Source of the DNA: Bdellovibrionales bacterium
GTDB lineage: Bacteria > Bdellovibrionota > Bdellovibrionia > Bdellovibrionales > UBA1609
Direction: 5' to 3'
Length of the DNA: 64,000 nt
NCBI GenBank assembly: GCA_965205945.1
Contig: CBDBIB010000001.1
Location: 576,001 to 640,000 of the forward strand
Position 1 is the stretch's first letter. Every line of letters begins with the position of its first letter. The translations under genes and the position numbers were made by a program. Below are positions 41,251 through 51,575 of this stretch, piece after piece. Below the pieces are notes generated by a model that saw only the letters and a program-made list of their open reading frames with translations, was not told the origin of the DNA and made no database searches.

Positions 41251-41643
41251 ATGAAACTTATTATTTTAAGGCAAAACTCTATAGATTTCTTTAAAAAAGC
41301 TTGCAAACTTGAATCTTCTTTACCAAAAGGCCAATGGCGTTATTTTAAATTTGAATCTAAAGAAGAAGTTTTAGGCTTATATGAAAACTCAAATGAAGGC
41401 ATTAATCTGCACCCTGACTTTTTTAAATATTTTTTAGGTCAGTTTACTCCCACACTTAATGATCATATTTTAATTTCGCAGTTTAAGAATTTTACAGATT
41501 TTTGCCTTTACCTCAACGATTTACTACACAAAAATGTTAAAATATTTGACCTTTCAGTTTCTAGTTTTTGGATTTGGACTAATGAAGAAAAAAATATCTT
41601 AGTACCTAAAAAACTAAAAAACTACCTAAACTTTAATAATTAA
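41251..41643 (+). CDS. Hypothetical protein
   Basis: 130-aa ORF filling the gap between genes; no motif recognised. Confidence 0.5.
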   Translation: MKLIILRQNSIDFFKKACKLESSLPKGQWRYFKFESKEEVLGLYENSNEGINLHPDFFKYFLGQFTPTLNDHILISQFKNFTDFCLYLNDLLHKNVKIFDLSVSSFWIWTNEEKNILVPKKLKNYLNFNN

Positions 41644-41673
41644 TTTTTAACATAAAAGCCATCTAAAAAATCT

Positions 41674-42765
41674 TTAAATATTTTTTTTATGTGGTCTATA
41701 AGTATATTTACATTTTTTCATCTCATGCTTATATTTAAGCTTATGGTCTAAAGAAAAATCAAGTTTTTTTACTGCAGCCCTCATTTTATTTAGTAACAAT
41801 CTTCTTGGTTCTTTATGCTGTTTACACGCAACAATAAAAACATCTAGTGCTTCATCATATTTCTTCAAACTAAATAAAGTCTCAGCTTTTAAAACCAAAG
41901 CTTCATCAGTTTTATCTATACTAAGATATTTTTCTAGATAGTAGAGGCCTTCTATTGTTTTCCCCTCTACAATTAAAGCCTTTCCAATTTCATATTGAAT
42001 ATCGTTATTTGCAGGAAATCTGCCTGAGATTTTTTTAAATGATTCACGCGCTGCTTTAGCTTCTCCATTCTTTTCTAATGATTTTCCATAGTAAAAATGA
42101 CCTTTTCCTACTTGTGGAAAGCTTACAGTAAGTTTTCCACAAATCTGTATAGCTGTTAAATACATTCTTAAGTTATACTGAGCCTCACAAAGGTATGTAT
42201 AATAAATTCGTCCTTTTAAATTAGTTCTTCCATAAAGCTCTAACAGCCCTACAGTCTCAGTATAGTCACCTTCTCTATTATAAAACTTTATTAAAGCCGT
42301 AAAATTTTCTTTGCCTGGATTCTTTTTATAAAGATCACTAAGAATTTTAAAAGCCTTAAGCTTTAAATCCTTTTTAAGGATATCATAGGATTTATTATTA
42401 GCATACGAATTTGATTTTTCCTCTAAAGCCTTTGAAAGTTCTCTTTTTAAAATATCTTTTCTAGGAAATTTTATAATAGCTTTTTTTAAGCCTTTAATTC
42501 TACCATCTAAATCACCTAAATATTTATATGAAGAGATTAAAAACACATAATCCTTATACGCTAGCTCACCTTTATTCTTAATACTTTTATCTTGAATTAA
42601 ATCAATTACTTTTTGATACTCTTTTGCCTCATAATTTTTAAACACCTCTACACTAGCCTTAGTGCTAAAAAATGAAAAAACTACAACAATTACGATTGTA
42701 TTCCGAAGAGTCTTTATGAAATTAGCACTTAACCCTTCTTTCCTAAAAATAATCTTTTGTTTCAT
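41674..42765 (-). CDS. TPR-repeat exported protein
   Basis: TPR-like helices (HFYYGKSLEKNGEAKAARESF; YEIGKALIVEGKTIEG); hydrophobic N-terminal stretch; ATG at 42765. Confidence 0.7.
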   Translation of the reverse strand: MKQKIIFRKEGLSANFIKTLRNTIVIVVVFSFFSTKASVEVFKNYEAKEYQKVIDLIQDKSIKNKGELAYKDYVFLISSYKYLGDLDGRIKGLKKAIIKFPRKDILKRELSKALEEKSNSYANNKSYDILKKDLKLKAFKILSDLYKKNPGKENFTALIKFYNREGDYTETVGLLELYGRTNLKGRIYYTYLCEAQYNLRMYLTAIQICGKLTVSFPQVGKGHFYYGKSLEKNGEAKAARESFKKISGRFPANNDIQYEIGKALIVEGKTIEGLYYLEKYLSIDKTDEALVLKAETLFSLKKYDEALDVFIVACKQHKEPRRLLLNKMRAAVKKLDFSLDHKLKYKHEMKKCKYTYRPHKKNI

Positions 42766-43627
42766 ACAAAGACTATATCGACCCAATATTTTAAAAACTT
42801 CAATTTTAAATCAAGCAGGTCAAGGAATAGTTGAATATCTATTAATTCTAGTTTTTACTTTTGCAATAATTATGGCCTTAAGTAAAGGGGTTGGAAGACC
42901 ACTTAAAGACTATATCCAAAATAATATTTTATCCGTTGTAGGCTGCATGCTTCGAGTGGGTCAATTTCCAACAAAATCTTTTGGCCTCTGTAACAAGGCT
43001 GTTAAATTAAAATTTAATGTTAAAGGTAGTTTTTCTACATCTAGCTCATCATCCTCAAATTCTAATAACAAAACTCAGGATTCAAGTGAAGAGAATAAAA
43101 CAGCACCCCAGAGCGAAAGTAAAAATTCTACAAAAACAACCCGTTACAAACCTTTAAATTCAACAGGATCTTTAGATAGCTCAAATCAACTTAAAGATTC
43201 CTCTAACAGCCCCCAAATTATTAAAATCAATAATGATTCAGATTCAATAAATTCTAGTAAGCTTGCCACAAGTGACCTGCAAAATAATCAAAGACGAACC
43301 GTTATAATTAGAAGAATTAATCGAAATAATCGTATCGGAGGAAGCTTTTTCATATCCGAAAATGAAAGAAAAATTCAAAATCCCACTCCTTTAACAAATC
43401 AAGTCAAAAGTCTTCCTGTTTCTTTAATTCAAAACAAGATCATTGAAAGTTCTTTTGCTATTTCAAAACCTAAGAATAAAGATCTTAAAAATACTACTCT
43501 CAATAATGAAATAAAGTTTTCTTTCTTTGGCATAATAAAGTGGGGAATTATACTTGCTATTCTTGCAGTCTTTGGTTTTTTCACAATATCTCAACTTAAT
43601 AGTATACGAAAGGGTTGGACTAATTAG
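42716..43627 (+). CDS. Tad/Flp-type pilin-like protein with Ser/Asn-rich linker and C-terminal TM helix
   Basis: NQAG|QGIVEYLLILVFTFAIIMAL prepilin-like motif (G at -1, E at +5, EY); low-complexity middle; C-terminal WGIILAILAVFGFF. Start uncertain. Confidence 0.6.
   Translation: MKLALNPSFLKIIFCFIQRLYRPNILKTSILNQAGQGIVEYLLILVFTFAIIMALSKGVGRPLKDYIQNNILSVVGCMLRVGQFPTKSFGLCNKAVKLKFNVKGSFSTSSSSSSNSNNKTQDSSEENKTAPQSESKNSTKTTRYKPLNSTGSLDSSNQLKDSSNSPQIIKINNDSDSINSSKLATSDLQNNQRRTVIIRRINRNNRIGGSFFISENERKIQNPTPLTNQVKSLPVSLIQNKIIESSFAISKPKNKDLKNTTLNNEIKFSFFGIIKWGIILAILAVFGFFTISQLNSIRKGWTN
42775..42802 (-). promoter_or_regulatory. Sigma28-like promoter of the TPR gene (near-leaderless)
   Basis: TGAAGTTT-N12-GTCGATAT ending 9 nt before ATG 42765. 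Confidence 0.45.
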
Positions 43628-43649
43628 CGTTCTTAAGGCATAAAAGGCT

Positions 43650-45230
43650 ATGAACATAGCTATAGCGCAAATAAACTCTCACCTTGGAAATTTAGAGTTA
43701 AACTCTAAAACTATAGTTAGTTATTGTAACAAAGCCTTTGAATCTGGCTCAGACCTTATTGTCTTTCCCGAGCTTTCTTTAATCGGTTATTCACCAAATG
43801 ATCTACTTAAACGCCCAGAGTTTTTAATAGAACAAAAAAAAGTTTTAAGTACCATTGCAAAGAAAATACCTAAAAATATAACTGCTCTTATTGGCTGTCT
43901 TAATAAGAAGGATTACAAACTTTTTAATTCTGCTGCACTTATTCAAAACAACACTATTAAAAAATATTTTAACAAAGATCTTTTACCAAACTATGATGTT
44001 TTTAATGAGTCTAGATATTTTCACCATGGAAACCTTAACCGTAATTTTTTCACATTCAACGGCAAAAAAATTCTTGTCACTATATGCGAAGACCTCTGGT
44101 TTACAAAAGTTAATAAATACAACAAAAACCCCCTTAGTGCTTTAAAGAAAAAACCTGATCATATAATAAGTTTAAACGCATCTCCTTTTGAAGTTGGAAA
44201 ACAAAAAAAACGAGAAATCCTTCTTAAACAAATCTCTCAAAAATTCTCCTGCCCTATCACCTATGTAAATTTAATCGGAGCCCAAGATGAACTTATATTT
44301 GATGGTCAATCCTTTCAAGTGGATTCAAAAGGCAAAATAATTCTAAAACTTCCTGCTTTTAGCGAACATCTTTACACTTTTAAAAAACCGCTTTCTTTAA
44401 AACTTTCAAAATTTGCATTAATTGAAAAAGCCCTCACCCTTGGAATTAAAGATTATTTTTTAAAAACTGGATTTAAAAAAGCCCATTTAGGTTTAAGTGG
44501 TGGAATTGACTCTGCACTTGTAGCCTACCTTGCTGCAAAAGCACTTGGACCTAAAAATATTACAACAATCGCACTCCCAGGCCCCTATAATTTAAAACTT
44601 AGTTTTAATCTTGCAAAAAAACTCTCTAAAAACCTTGGAGTTAATTTTTTAAGCTATGATTTAAATGTGCTTTATTTAAAGTTTATTAATGATTTTAACA
44701 AAAACTTTGGAAAATCCTCTTTTAACCTTATGCACGAAAATACCCAAGTAAGGCTTAGAGCGCTTGTGCTCATGGCTTTTTCCAATAAAGAAAACTCATT
44801 ACTCCTTGCAACTTCTAATAAATCTGAACTTACGATTGGTTATAGCACTCTTTATGGCGATCAATGTGGCGCCATTTTGCCCATTGGAGATCTTTTTAAA
44901 ACTGATATTTTTAAATTTTGCCAATGGATTAATAAAAAAAATGACTATGCAATAATTCCAAATCGTATCCTTACTCGCTCGCCCTCTGCTGAGCTTCGCT
45001 TAAATCAAAAAGATTCAGATTCGCTGCCTGACTACAATAAGCTTGATGTCAGTATTCGAAAAATAATCTTTCAAAAAAAAATACCTAAAACAAAATTAGA
45101 CCGCTGGGTTTTAAATAAAAGCTATATATCAGAGTTTAAACGGTGGCAAACTGCACCCATATTAAGAATATCAGAGCACACCTATGGTATTGGAAGACGT
45201 ATGCCTATTGCACACAAATTTAAACCTTAA
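43650..45230 (+). CDS. nadE: Glutamine-dependent NAD+ synthetase
   Basis: Nitrilase domain (VFPEL, K..LPNYDVFNE.RYF, ICEDLW) plus synthetase domain (GLSGGIDSA, NKSE, GYSTLYGD, PSAEL). Confidence 0.95.
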   Translation: MNIAIAQINSHLGNLELNSKTIVSYCNKAFESGSDLIVFPELSLIGYSPNDLLKRPEFLIEQKKVLSTIAKKIPKNITALIGCLNKKDYKLFNSAALIQNNTIKKYFNKDLLPNYDVFNESRYFHHGNLNRNFFTFNGKKILVTICEDLWFTKVNKYNKNPLSALKKKPDHIISLNASPFEVGKQKKREILLKQISQKFSCPITYVNLIGAQDELIFDGQSFQVDSKGKIILKLPAFSEHLYTFKKPLSLKLSKFALIEKALTLGIKDYFLKTGFKKAHLGLSGGIDSALVAYLAAKALGPKNITTIALPGPYNLKLSFNLAKKLSKNLGVNFLSYDLNVLYLKFINDFNKNFGKSSFNLMHENTQVRLRALVLMAFSNKENSLLLATSNKSELTIGYSTLYGDQCGAILPIGDLFKTDIFKFCQWINKKNDYAIIPNRILTRSPSAELRLNQKDSDSLPDYNKLDVSIRKIIFQKKIPKTKLDRWVLNKSYISEFKRWQTAPILRISEHTYGIGRRMPIAHKFKP

Positions 45231-45832
45231 ATTAAGGTTAACTGCTCGCTTTTTTCTTCTATGTATGGAAATTTTAACGGCGATTTACCTTGAAGTGTCT
45301 CTAATGTTCTTTTATCAAGATATTTATTTGGCAAGGCTCTACCCATTAACTCCATAAAAACTTTACCACAAAGCTTTGCATCTTCATGTGCTCTGTGTAA
45401 TGCTCCAAACTTAAACTTAAGATGTTGAGCAATTGTTCCTAGCCTATAATTACTAAGCCCAGGAATAATTCTTTTTGATAATGCTAAAGTATCAAATACA
45501 TAGCCTGATGGTGCTAAAAACTTATACTTTCTATAATCATTTAAAAGAAATTGAAAATCAAAAGAGGCATTATGCGCTACTAACGGGTCTTGACCACAAA
45601 ACTGTGTAAAAGATTCTAGACAATCTTTAACCTTTGGCTTTCCAACCAACATATCATCAGTAATTCCATTTACTCTTGAAGCCCCTTCAGGCATCTTCAT
45701 TGATGGATCTATTAATGTAGAATAAATGTCTTCAGTCTTTCCATTTACAAAACGCACAGCTCCAATTTCAGCAATTCTATCAATTCCAGCTAAAGTTCCT
45801 GTTGTTTCTAAGTCAAATGCGATAAAGTTCAT
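45227..45832 (-). CDS. DEDDh 3'-5' exonuclease (DnaQ/PolC-like)
   Basis: FDLETTG, VAHNASFD, DTL, HRAHEDA. Confidence 0.9.
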   Translation of the reverse strand: MNFIAFDLETTGTLAGIDRIAEIGAVRFVNGKTEDIYSTLIDPSMKMPEGASRVNGITDDMLVGKPKVKDCLESFTQFCGQDPLVAHNASFDFQFLLNDYRKYKFLAPSGYVFDTLALSKRIIPGLSNYRLGTIAQHLKFKFGALHRAHEDAKLCGKVFMELMGRALPNKYLDKRTLETLQGKSPLKFPYIEEKSEQLTLI

Positions 45833-45877
45833 AAATAGAATTTAACCAATCTAAGAAGATGAGACAAATTATAAATA

Positions 45878-46165
45878 ATGAAGACTAAATGTACAGTGCG
45901 TTATAACGGATCTCGTCAAACTTTCACAATCTTAAAAGATACGTCTTTACTTAATGAACTTCGAGCTCATAAAATCCCTGTCTCTTTTTCTTGCAACGGT
46001 GAAGGGATTTGTACAACATGTAGGATTATTTTAATTAAGGGTAAACTCAGCCCTCAAACCTTTTTAGAAAAACAACGTGCAGATGAAAGGGGCTATGCTC
46101 AAAACGAACGGCTCTCCTGCCAATGTCATCCAACTTCAAATGAAATTGAAATTAAGGTTCCATAA
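45878..46165 (+). CDS. 2Fe-2S ferredoxin
   Basis: SCNGEGICTTC...RLSCQ. Confidence 0.9.
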   Translation: MKTKCTVRYNGSRQTFTILKDTSLLNELRAHKIPVSFSCNGEGICTTCRIILIKGKLSPQTFLEKQRADERGYAQNERLSCQCHPTSNEIEIKVP

Positions 46166-47345
46166 CAAAGATAGGATTTGAAAAAATCCATGAGATCCAT
46201 TTTTGATTACGAATTAAAGGAAAAAACGGATTAGTCTTTACAACAACCCTATAATGTCCCGATTCTAAAGGCTTATAATTAAAAGACTGCGAAAATGTTT
46301 TTATTAAATCTCCATTATGATAAAGTTCAATCTTTACTTTATCATTTAATTCAGGGAGCGAGACATAAACCATTTTAAGGTCTTTAAGCTTAACTTTTTC
46401 TCCCATAAAAACTCTTTGCCCTTTTCTTGTAATTCCCCAAAAAGCAAATCCTTTAGGATCTCCTAAAATATCAATGGAAAAATACGAACTTCCTTTACTT
46501 AAAGCATCCACAATAAGTTTTTGATCACCAATACCCACAAGCTCTTCAGCTAATAAAATATGATTTTTAGCCATTTGAAAAATATTTTTATACCGTGGAA
46601 AATTTAAACTCAATGCCTTAGTCAGTCGTAGCTTTGAAGAAGCATCTGAACCTACATAGCCCATTATAGGTTGTTTTTTATTCCATTTATCCCATAATTG
46701 TATTGACAATGCTTCATCTAAATAAATATCTAAAAAAAATAATTGTGGATTAAACGGATAAAAAATCAACGAACTTAAAAATAAAAACTTTCTTTTCTCC
46801 CAAGATTTACGCCAAACTTCTCTTAAATTTAAAACCTCAATACCTGTTACAAATTCAGGAATTTTCTCCTGATCCCATTCATAACTTGGTTTATCAGGAT
46901 GTGATATCACAACAACACCTTCACCACCTGTTTCTAAAAAATTAGATAAGAAAATCTGTGCCTCTGAATGTGAACTAAAAACTGGACTTTTTTCGCTTGT
47001 AAAATATAAAAACCTAGAATTTAAAAAACTCAACTCCAATCCATAAAGAACACTTAAATTTCCATATTGAATTGAAGGGGGTTGCTGCTGATCTATGGGG
47101 TTTGTTTCATTAAAAATGATAAAATCTAAATTTGCTGCAGTTGCTGAACTTATAATATCAGAAACACTACCACTACCGCTACTTTTTTTAGAATGAACGT
47201 TTAAAACACCCGCATAATCATAAAAATTATAATTAGATTCTCTTATAGAATTTTTAATAGATGCTGAATATCTAATTCTTGAAAAAAAAACTCCAGAGCC
47301 AATATATATAGCTCCAAGTACAAAAAAAATTAATGAAACCTTCAT
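46152..47345 (-). CDS. Membrane-anchored PHP-fold protein with degenerate metal ligands
   Basis: GVLNVHS..SSGSG, A..ANLDFIIFNE, GLELS, SHP, GIEVLN, GSDAS; C-terminal Ig-like segment ending WIFSNPI. Confidence 0.7.
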   Translation of the reverse strand: MKVSLIFFVLGAIYIGSGVFFSRIRYSASIKNSIRESNYNFYDYAGVLNVHSKKSSGSGSVSDIISSATAANLDFIIFNETNPIDQQQPPSIQYGNLSVLYGLELSFLNSRFLYFTSEKSPVFSSHSEAQIFLSNFLETGGEGVVVISHPDKPSYEWDQEKIPEFVTGIEVLNLREVWRKSWEKRKFLFLSSLIFYPFNPQLFFLDIYLDEALSIQLWDKWNKKQPIMGYVGSDASSKLRLTKALSLNFPRYKNIFQMAKNHILLAEELVGIGDQKLIVDALSKGSSYFSIDILGDPKGFAFWGITRKGQRVFMGEKVKLKDLKMVYVSLPELNDKVKIELYHNGDLIKTFSQSFNYKPLESGHYRVVVKTNPFFPLIRNQKWISWIFSNPIFVMEP

Positions 47346-48172
47346 AGCTCTTTCATTGAAGGAAACTGAATTGTTTTTTCCTCACCAAAAACCCCTAGAG
47401 TTCCAATATCTTTACCATTTATAATTAAATTAACAGCCCCAGCATCAAGAAATCTAATTTTTGCCTCTTTAAATTTAAAAACTCTTCTCTGATCTGGCTT
47501 AAGACTTGCCATTATAGGCTTACTATCTAAATTTGTTTGAATATACAGTCTTGTTTCAGCAAGAGGCTCTACAACTAGCGTGTTTTTAAAAACAATCAAT
47601 GTAGGTTTTTTAACTACTTTATCTTTAGCCCCATCATAAACTGTTGCAACCTTTGAAAACTCTAATGGTTTTAAAACTTTCTTAGCTTCTTTAATTGCTA
47701 TAGTTTTTCCTAACTGTTTTTCTTTATTTTCTAAGACTACTGGAGTATTTACAGATTCAATCATAGCTACGTCTAAAAACTTTTCATCAAATTGAGAATA
47801 AATTACCGCCACTCCCAAAATAGTTGTTAATAAAATTACTATTGGTAAAAATTGATTTTTTAAAAAATCAAAAGCAAAAAAATACTTTGCTTTTTCATCT
47901 TCTCTTAAAATACCTTTCTTTAACTTATTAATAGGTTCATTAAGAGTCTGTTCATATTCTTTAATAATAGGATCTGGGTTTAAACCTAAGTGAGTACAAT
48001 ACATTCTAATAAAACCTTTTGTAAAAGGAGGTTTAGGCAGTTCTTCTATCTTAGAGTTTTCTATTCTCTTTAAAGTTTTTAAATTGATCTTAAGATCATA
48101 CGATATATCTTCTAACCTTAAGCCTTGTTTATTTCTAGCATTTTTTAATTTTTCACCGTATTCAAATTTCAC
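47342..48172 (-). CDS. rodZ: RodZ-like protein (HTH, TM helix, DUF4115-like domain)
   Basis: GEKLKNAR..GLRLEDI..LKI..L..IE..LP..FTKGFIRMYC..LGL; single TM; C-terminal DAGAVNLIING. Confidence 0.8.
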   Translation of the reverse strand: MKFEYGEKLKNARNKQGLRLEDISYDLKINLKTLKRIENSKIEELPKPPFTKGFIRMYCTHLGLNPDPIIKEYEQTLNEPINKLKKGILREDEKAKYFFAFDFLKNQFLPIVILLTTILGVAVIYSQFDEKFLDVAMIESVNTPVVLENKEKQLGKTIAIKEAKKVLKPLEFSKVATVYDGAKDKVVKKPTLIVFKNTLVVEPLAETRLYIQTNLDSKPIMASLKPDQRRVFKFKEAKIRFLDAGAVNLIINGKDIGTLGVFGEEKTIQFPSMKEL

Positions 48173-48174
48173 AA

Positions 48175-48966
48175 TTATATTCCTAAATCAATTCTTTTTC
48201 TTACAGCTGTTTTCACTCTATTTAACATCTTGTGAAATTTTTCATTTTTAGAAGAAATATTTTTAAAAATCTGTTCTGCTACTAGATAATCATTTTTTTT
48301 AATAAAAATTAAGCCCTTTAAAAAAGCAGCTCTATTTTTTTCTTCTAATTCAAAACACATTCTATCAATCATTCTTGCAGATTTTAAAGCATTTTCATAA
48401 AGTGACATTTTATATAATGTATAAGCAATATCTAAACGATGTTCACACACCTTAGGCTTTAAAGCTAAAACCTTACGAAGAGTTTGCTTTAAAGCCTTTC
48501 CGCTCAAAAACTGCTGATCTAATTTTAACTTTAAACTCCAAGATTCTTCCTGATTTTGATATGTTAAATCCTTAACAGACTCATCTACTAATTCCTGGGC
48601 TTTTTTGTAATTTTTAAATCTTGTATAGTTTAAATTCGCTAAAAAATTCCTTGCTTCTGTATATCTTGAATTGACTAAAATAGCTTTTTCAACCTCCCTA
48701 ACACCTTCACTTATAAAACCTTTCTCTAATAAAAGTTTTCCTAAATAAAAATGAGCCTGATAGTTATTAAAATCTATCTTAATCGCTTCTTGATAATTAT
48801 TAATAGCATCTTCTAAACGCTGATGATCCTGATAACTTTTGCCAATGGAAAAATACAGATTTGATTTTTCTTTTGTTAAATCAATATTACCTTTTAAAAA
48901 ATCCTCTTTTATTTGAGTATTCACACAACCTGATAAAACTAATAATACTATTAAACTAAACTTCAT
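48175..48966 (-). CDS. TPR lipoprotein, PilF/PilW/Tgl pilotin-like
   Basis: Lipobox LSGC, TPR repeats, YTEARNFLA and DLTY motifs; lies between ndk and rodZ. Confidence 0.7.
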   Translation of the reverse strand: MKFSLIVLLVLSGCVNTQIKEDFLKGNIDLTKEKSNLYFSIGKSYQDHQRLEDAINNYQEAIKIDFNNYQAHFYLGKLLLEKGFISEGVREVEKAILVNSRYTEARNFLANLNYTRFKNYKKAQELVDESVKDLTYQNQEESWSLKLKLDQQFLSGKALKQTLRKVLALKPKVCEHRLDIAYTLYKMSLYENALKSARMIDRMCFELEEKNRAAFLKGLIFIKKNDYLVAEQIFKNISSKNEKFHKMLNRVKTAVRKRIDLGI

Positions 48967-49031
48967 TCCTATATCTTAACAAACCTTTAAAAGAATATTC
49001 AATCAAATCACCTCATACATGATTTTTAAAC

Positions 49032-49057
49032 AAAAAACTCCTATTACTAGGGTTTTT
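49032..49057 (-). terminator. Possible intrinsic terminator after ndk
   Basis: AAAAACTCCTA-TTAC-TAGGGTTTTT imperfect hairpin (one bulge) flanked by A/T tracts. Confidence 0.4.
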
Positions 49058-49083
49058 GTATCCTAAGCCTTTAAAAACCTAAT

Positions 49084-49509
49084 TTATGGGTTTACAATTT
49101 CATTTTGATCAAAAAATAACGCCACTTCTCTTTCTGCACTTTTAAGAGAATCACTTCCATGAACAGCATTCTCACCCATGCTATCTCCAAAAATTTTTCT
49201 CAAAGTACCCTCAGCAGCTTCTGCTGGGTTTGTAGCACCCATAATTTCACGATTCCTCATAATAGCATTTTCACCTGATAAAACCATAAGCATAACTGGG
49301 CCTGAAGTCATAAAATCCACCAGCTCACCAAAAAAAGGCCTTTTACTGTGCTCAGCATAAAATACTCTACACTTTTCACGTGAAATCTTAACTAACTTAG
49401 ATGCAGCAATTTTTAATCCATTTTCTTCAAATTTTGTAATCATCTTGCCAATTACATTTTTATTAATAGCATTTGGCTTAATGATACTAAAGGTTCTTTG
49501 AATTCCCAT
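49084..49509 (-). CDS. ndk: Nucleoside diphosphate kinase
   Basis: [35 protein letters not shown]. Confidence 0.98.
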   Translation of the reverse strand: MGIQRTFSIIKPNAINKNVIGKMITKFEENGLKIAASKLVKISREKCRVFYAEHSKRPFFGELVDFMTSGPVMLMVLSGENAIMRNREIMGATNPAEAAEGTLRKIFGDSMGENAVHGSDSLKSAEREVALFFDQNEIVNP

Positions 49510-49530
49510 TTTAACTCTCCTTAAAACTCT

Positions 49531-50406
49531 TTATTGTTTATTTAATGCTTTCTTCATCATAACTCCAAGTTCAGCAGGACTTCTTGCTATAAAGCAACCA
49601 GCTGTTTTTAAAGCTTTAAACTTTGCCTCAGCAGTTCCTTTGCCACCACTCACAATTGCTCCAGCATGCCCCATGCGCTTACCTTTTGGTGCTGTAGATC
49701 CAGCAATAAAAGCAACCACAGGTTTAGTAAAGTTATCTTTAATCCAAGCAGCAGCGTCTTCTTCAGCCGTTCCACCGATTTCGCCAATCATAATAACTGC
49801 TTTAGTTTTTTCATCTTTTTCAAACATTTTTAAAATATCAATAAAATTTGTTCCATTTACCGGATCTCCACCAATACCTACACATGTAGATTGACCAAAG
49901 CCAGCCTCACTTAATTGAGCAACAGCTTCATATGTTAGTGTCCCTGACTTAGAAACCACACCAATTAAACCTGCTTTATGAATATACCCTGGCATAATAC
50001 CAATTTTACACTCACCAGGAGTAATTACACCTGGACAGTTGGGACCGATTAAGCGAGTTCTTCTACCTTTAAGATAGCTTTTAACTTTAATCATATCCAT
50101 CACAGGAATTCCTTCAGTAATGCAAATCACTAAATCCAAATCTGCATCCGCAGCCTCCATAATTGCGTCAGCTGCAAAAGAAGGTGGAACATAAATTACA
50201 GACGTATCACATCCTGTTTCCTTTTTTGCTTCTTTAACCGTGTTAAATATTCGAAGTCCTATATGTGTTTGACCACCTTTACCAGGAGTCACACCACCAA
50301 CCATTTGAGTGCCATAAGCCATAGCCTGCTCAGAGTGAAACATCCCTTGAAAACCCGTTAACCCCTGGCAAATTACTTTCGTATCTTTTCCTACTAAGAT
50401 TGACAT
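49531..50406 (-). CDS. sucD: Succinyl-CoA synthetase alpha subunit
   Basis: [37 protein letters not shown]. Confidence 0.98.
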   Translation of the reverse strand: MSILVGKDTKVICQGLTGFQGMFHSEQAMAYGTQMVGGVTPGKGGQTHIGLRIFNTVKEAKKETGCDTSVIYVPPSFAADAIMEAADADLDLVICITEGIPVMDMIKVKSYLKGRRTRLIGPNCPGVITPGECKIGIMPGYIHKAGLIGVVSKSGTLTYEAVAQLSEAGFGQSTCVGIGGDPVNGTNFIDILKMFEKDEKTKAVIMIGEIGGTAEEDAAAWIKDNFTKPVVAFIAGSTAPKGKRMGHAGAIVSGGKGTAEAKFKALKTAGCFIARSPAELGVMMKKALNKQ

Positions 50407-50408
50407 TA

Positions 50409-51575
50409 TTAAACCCCTTTAACTGCTGATACAACTTTTAAAGCTGCATCCTGAAGGTTAACCGCTGACATAATATTTAAACCACTATTTTCTAAAATTT
50501 TTCTACCTTTTTTAACATTAGTTCCAGCAAGCCGCACAACTAAAGGAACTTTTAAACCCATCTCCTTAGATGCTGCAACAACACCTTCTGCGATAATATC
50601 ACATTTCATAATTCCACCAAAAATATTCACCAAAATTGCTTTAACACCAGGGTCTTTTAAAATAATTTTAAAGGCTTCCATTACTTTTTCCTTATTAGCC
50701 CCCCCACCTACATCTAAAAAATTTGCTGGACTCTCACCATGAAGTTTAATAATATCCATTGTAGACATTGCAAGACCGGCCCCATTTACTAAACAACCAA
50801 TATTTCCATCAAGTTTAATAAACGTAAGATCAAATTTTTGAGCTTGAACTTCAGCAGGGTCTTCTTCTGAAAAATCTCTTAACTCCATAATTTCTGGGTG
50901 TCTATATAATGCATTTGAATCAAAACTTACTTTTGCGTCTAACACTAAAACATCACCCTCAACTGTTTCTACCAAAGGATTTACTTCAATCATTTCAGCA
51001 TCCTTGTCTACAAATACTTGGTAGAGTTTTTGAAAAACTAAGGCCGCTTTAATAGCTACTTTCCCCTTAAAACCCATATCAAAGGCTAAATTTCTTGCTT
51101 GAAAAGCTGTAAAGCCCACTCCAAAAGGAATCTGTATTGAGATTATTTTTTCAGGATTTTTTTCTAAAACCTCTTCAATATCCACACCACCTTCTTCACT
51201 CCCAATAAATGAAACTAAACTTGTAGAACGATCAACTAAACAAGCAACATAGTATTCTTTTTTAATACTACAGCCTGTTTCAATATAAACTCTTTGAATT
51301 TCTTTTCCTTTAAGGCCTGTTTGATGAGTTACTAAAGTCTTGCCCAAGAGCTCCCCAACTGTTGACCCCACCTTAGCTGCAGTTTTGACAAGTTTAACGC
51401 CCCCAGCTTTGCCTCTACCACCTGCATGAATTTGAGCTTTAACAACCCAAAGGTTTGTATCTAATTTTTTTAATGCCTTAGCAACTTCACCCACTGATTG
51501 AACCATTACACCCTTTAAAACAGGTATTTTATAATCCTTAAAAATTTGTTTCGCCTGATATTCGTGAATGTTCAT
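50409..51575 (-). CDS. sucC: Succinyl-CoA synthetase beta subunit
   Basis: [46 protein letters not shown]. Confidence 0.98.
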   Translation of the reverse strand: MNIHEYQAKQIFKDYKIPVLKGVMVQSVGEVAKALKKLDTNLWVVKAQIHAGGRGKAGGVKLVKTAAKVGSTVGELLGKTLVTHQTGLKGKEIQRVYIETGCSIKKEYYVACLVDRSTSLVSFIGSEEGGVDIEEVLEKNPEKIISIQIPFGVGFTAFQARNLAFDMGFKGKVAIKAALVFQKLYQVFVDKDAEMIEVNPLVETVEGDVLVLDAKVSFDSNALYRHPEIMELRDFSEEDPAEVQAQKFDLTFIKLDGNIGCLVNGAGLAMSTMDIIKLHGESPANFLDVGGGANKEKVMEAFKIILKDPGVKAILVNIFGGIMKCDIIAEGVVAASKEMGLKVPLVVRLAGTNVKKGRKILENSGLNIMSAVNLQDAALKVVSAVKGV

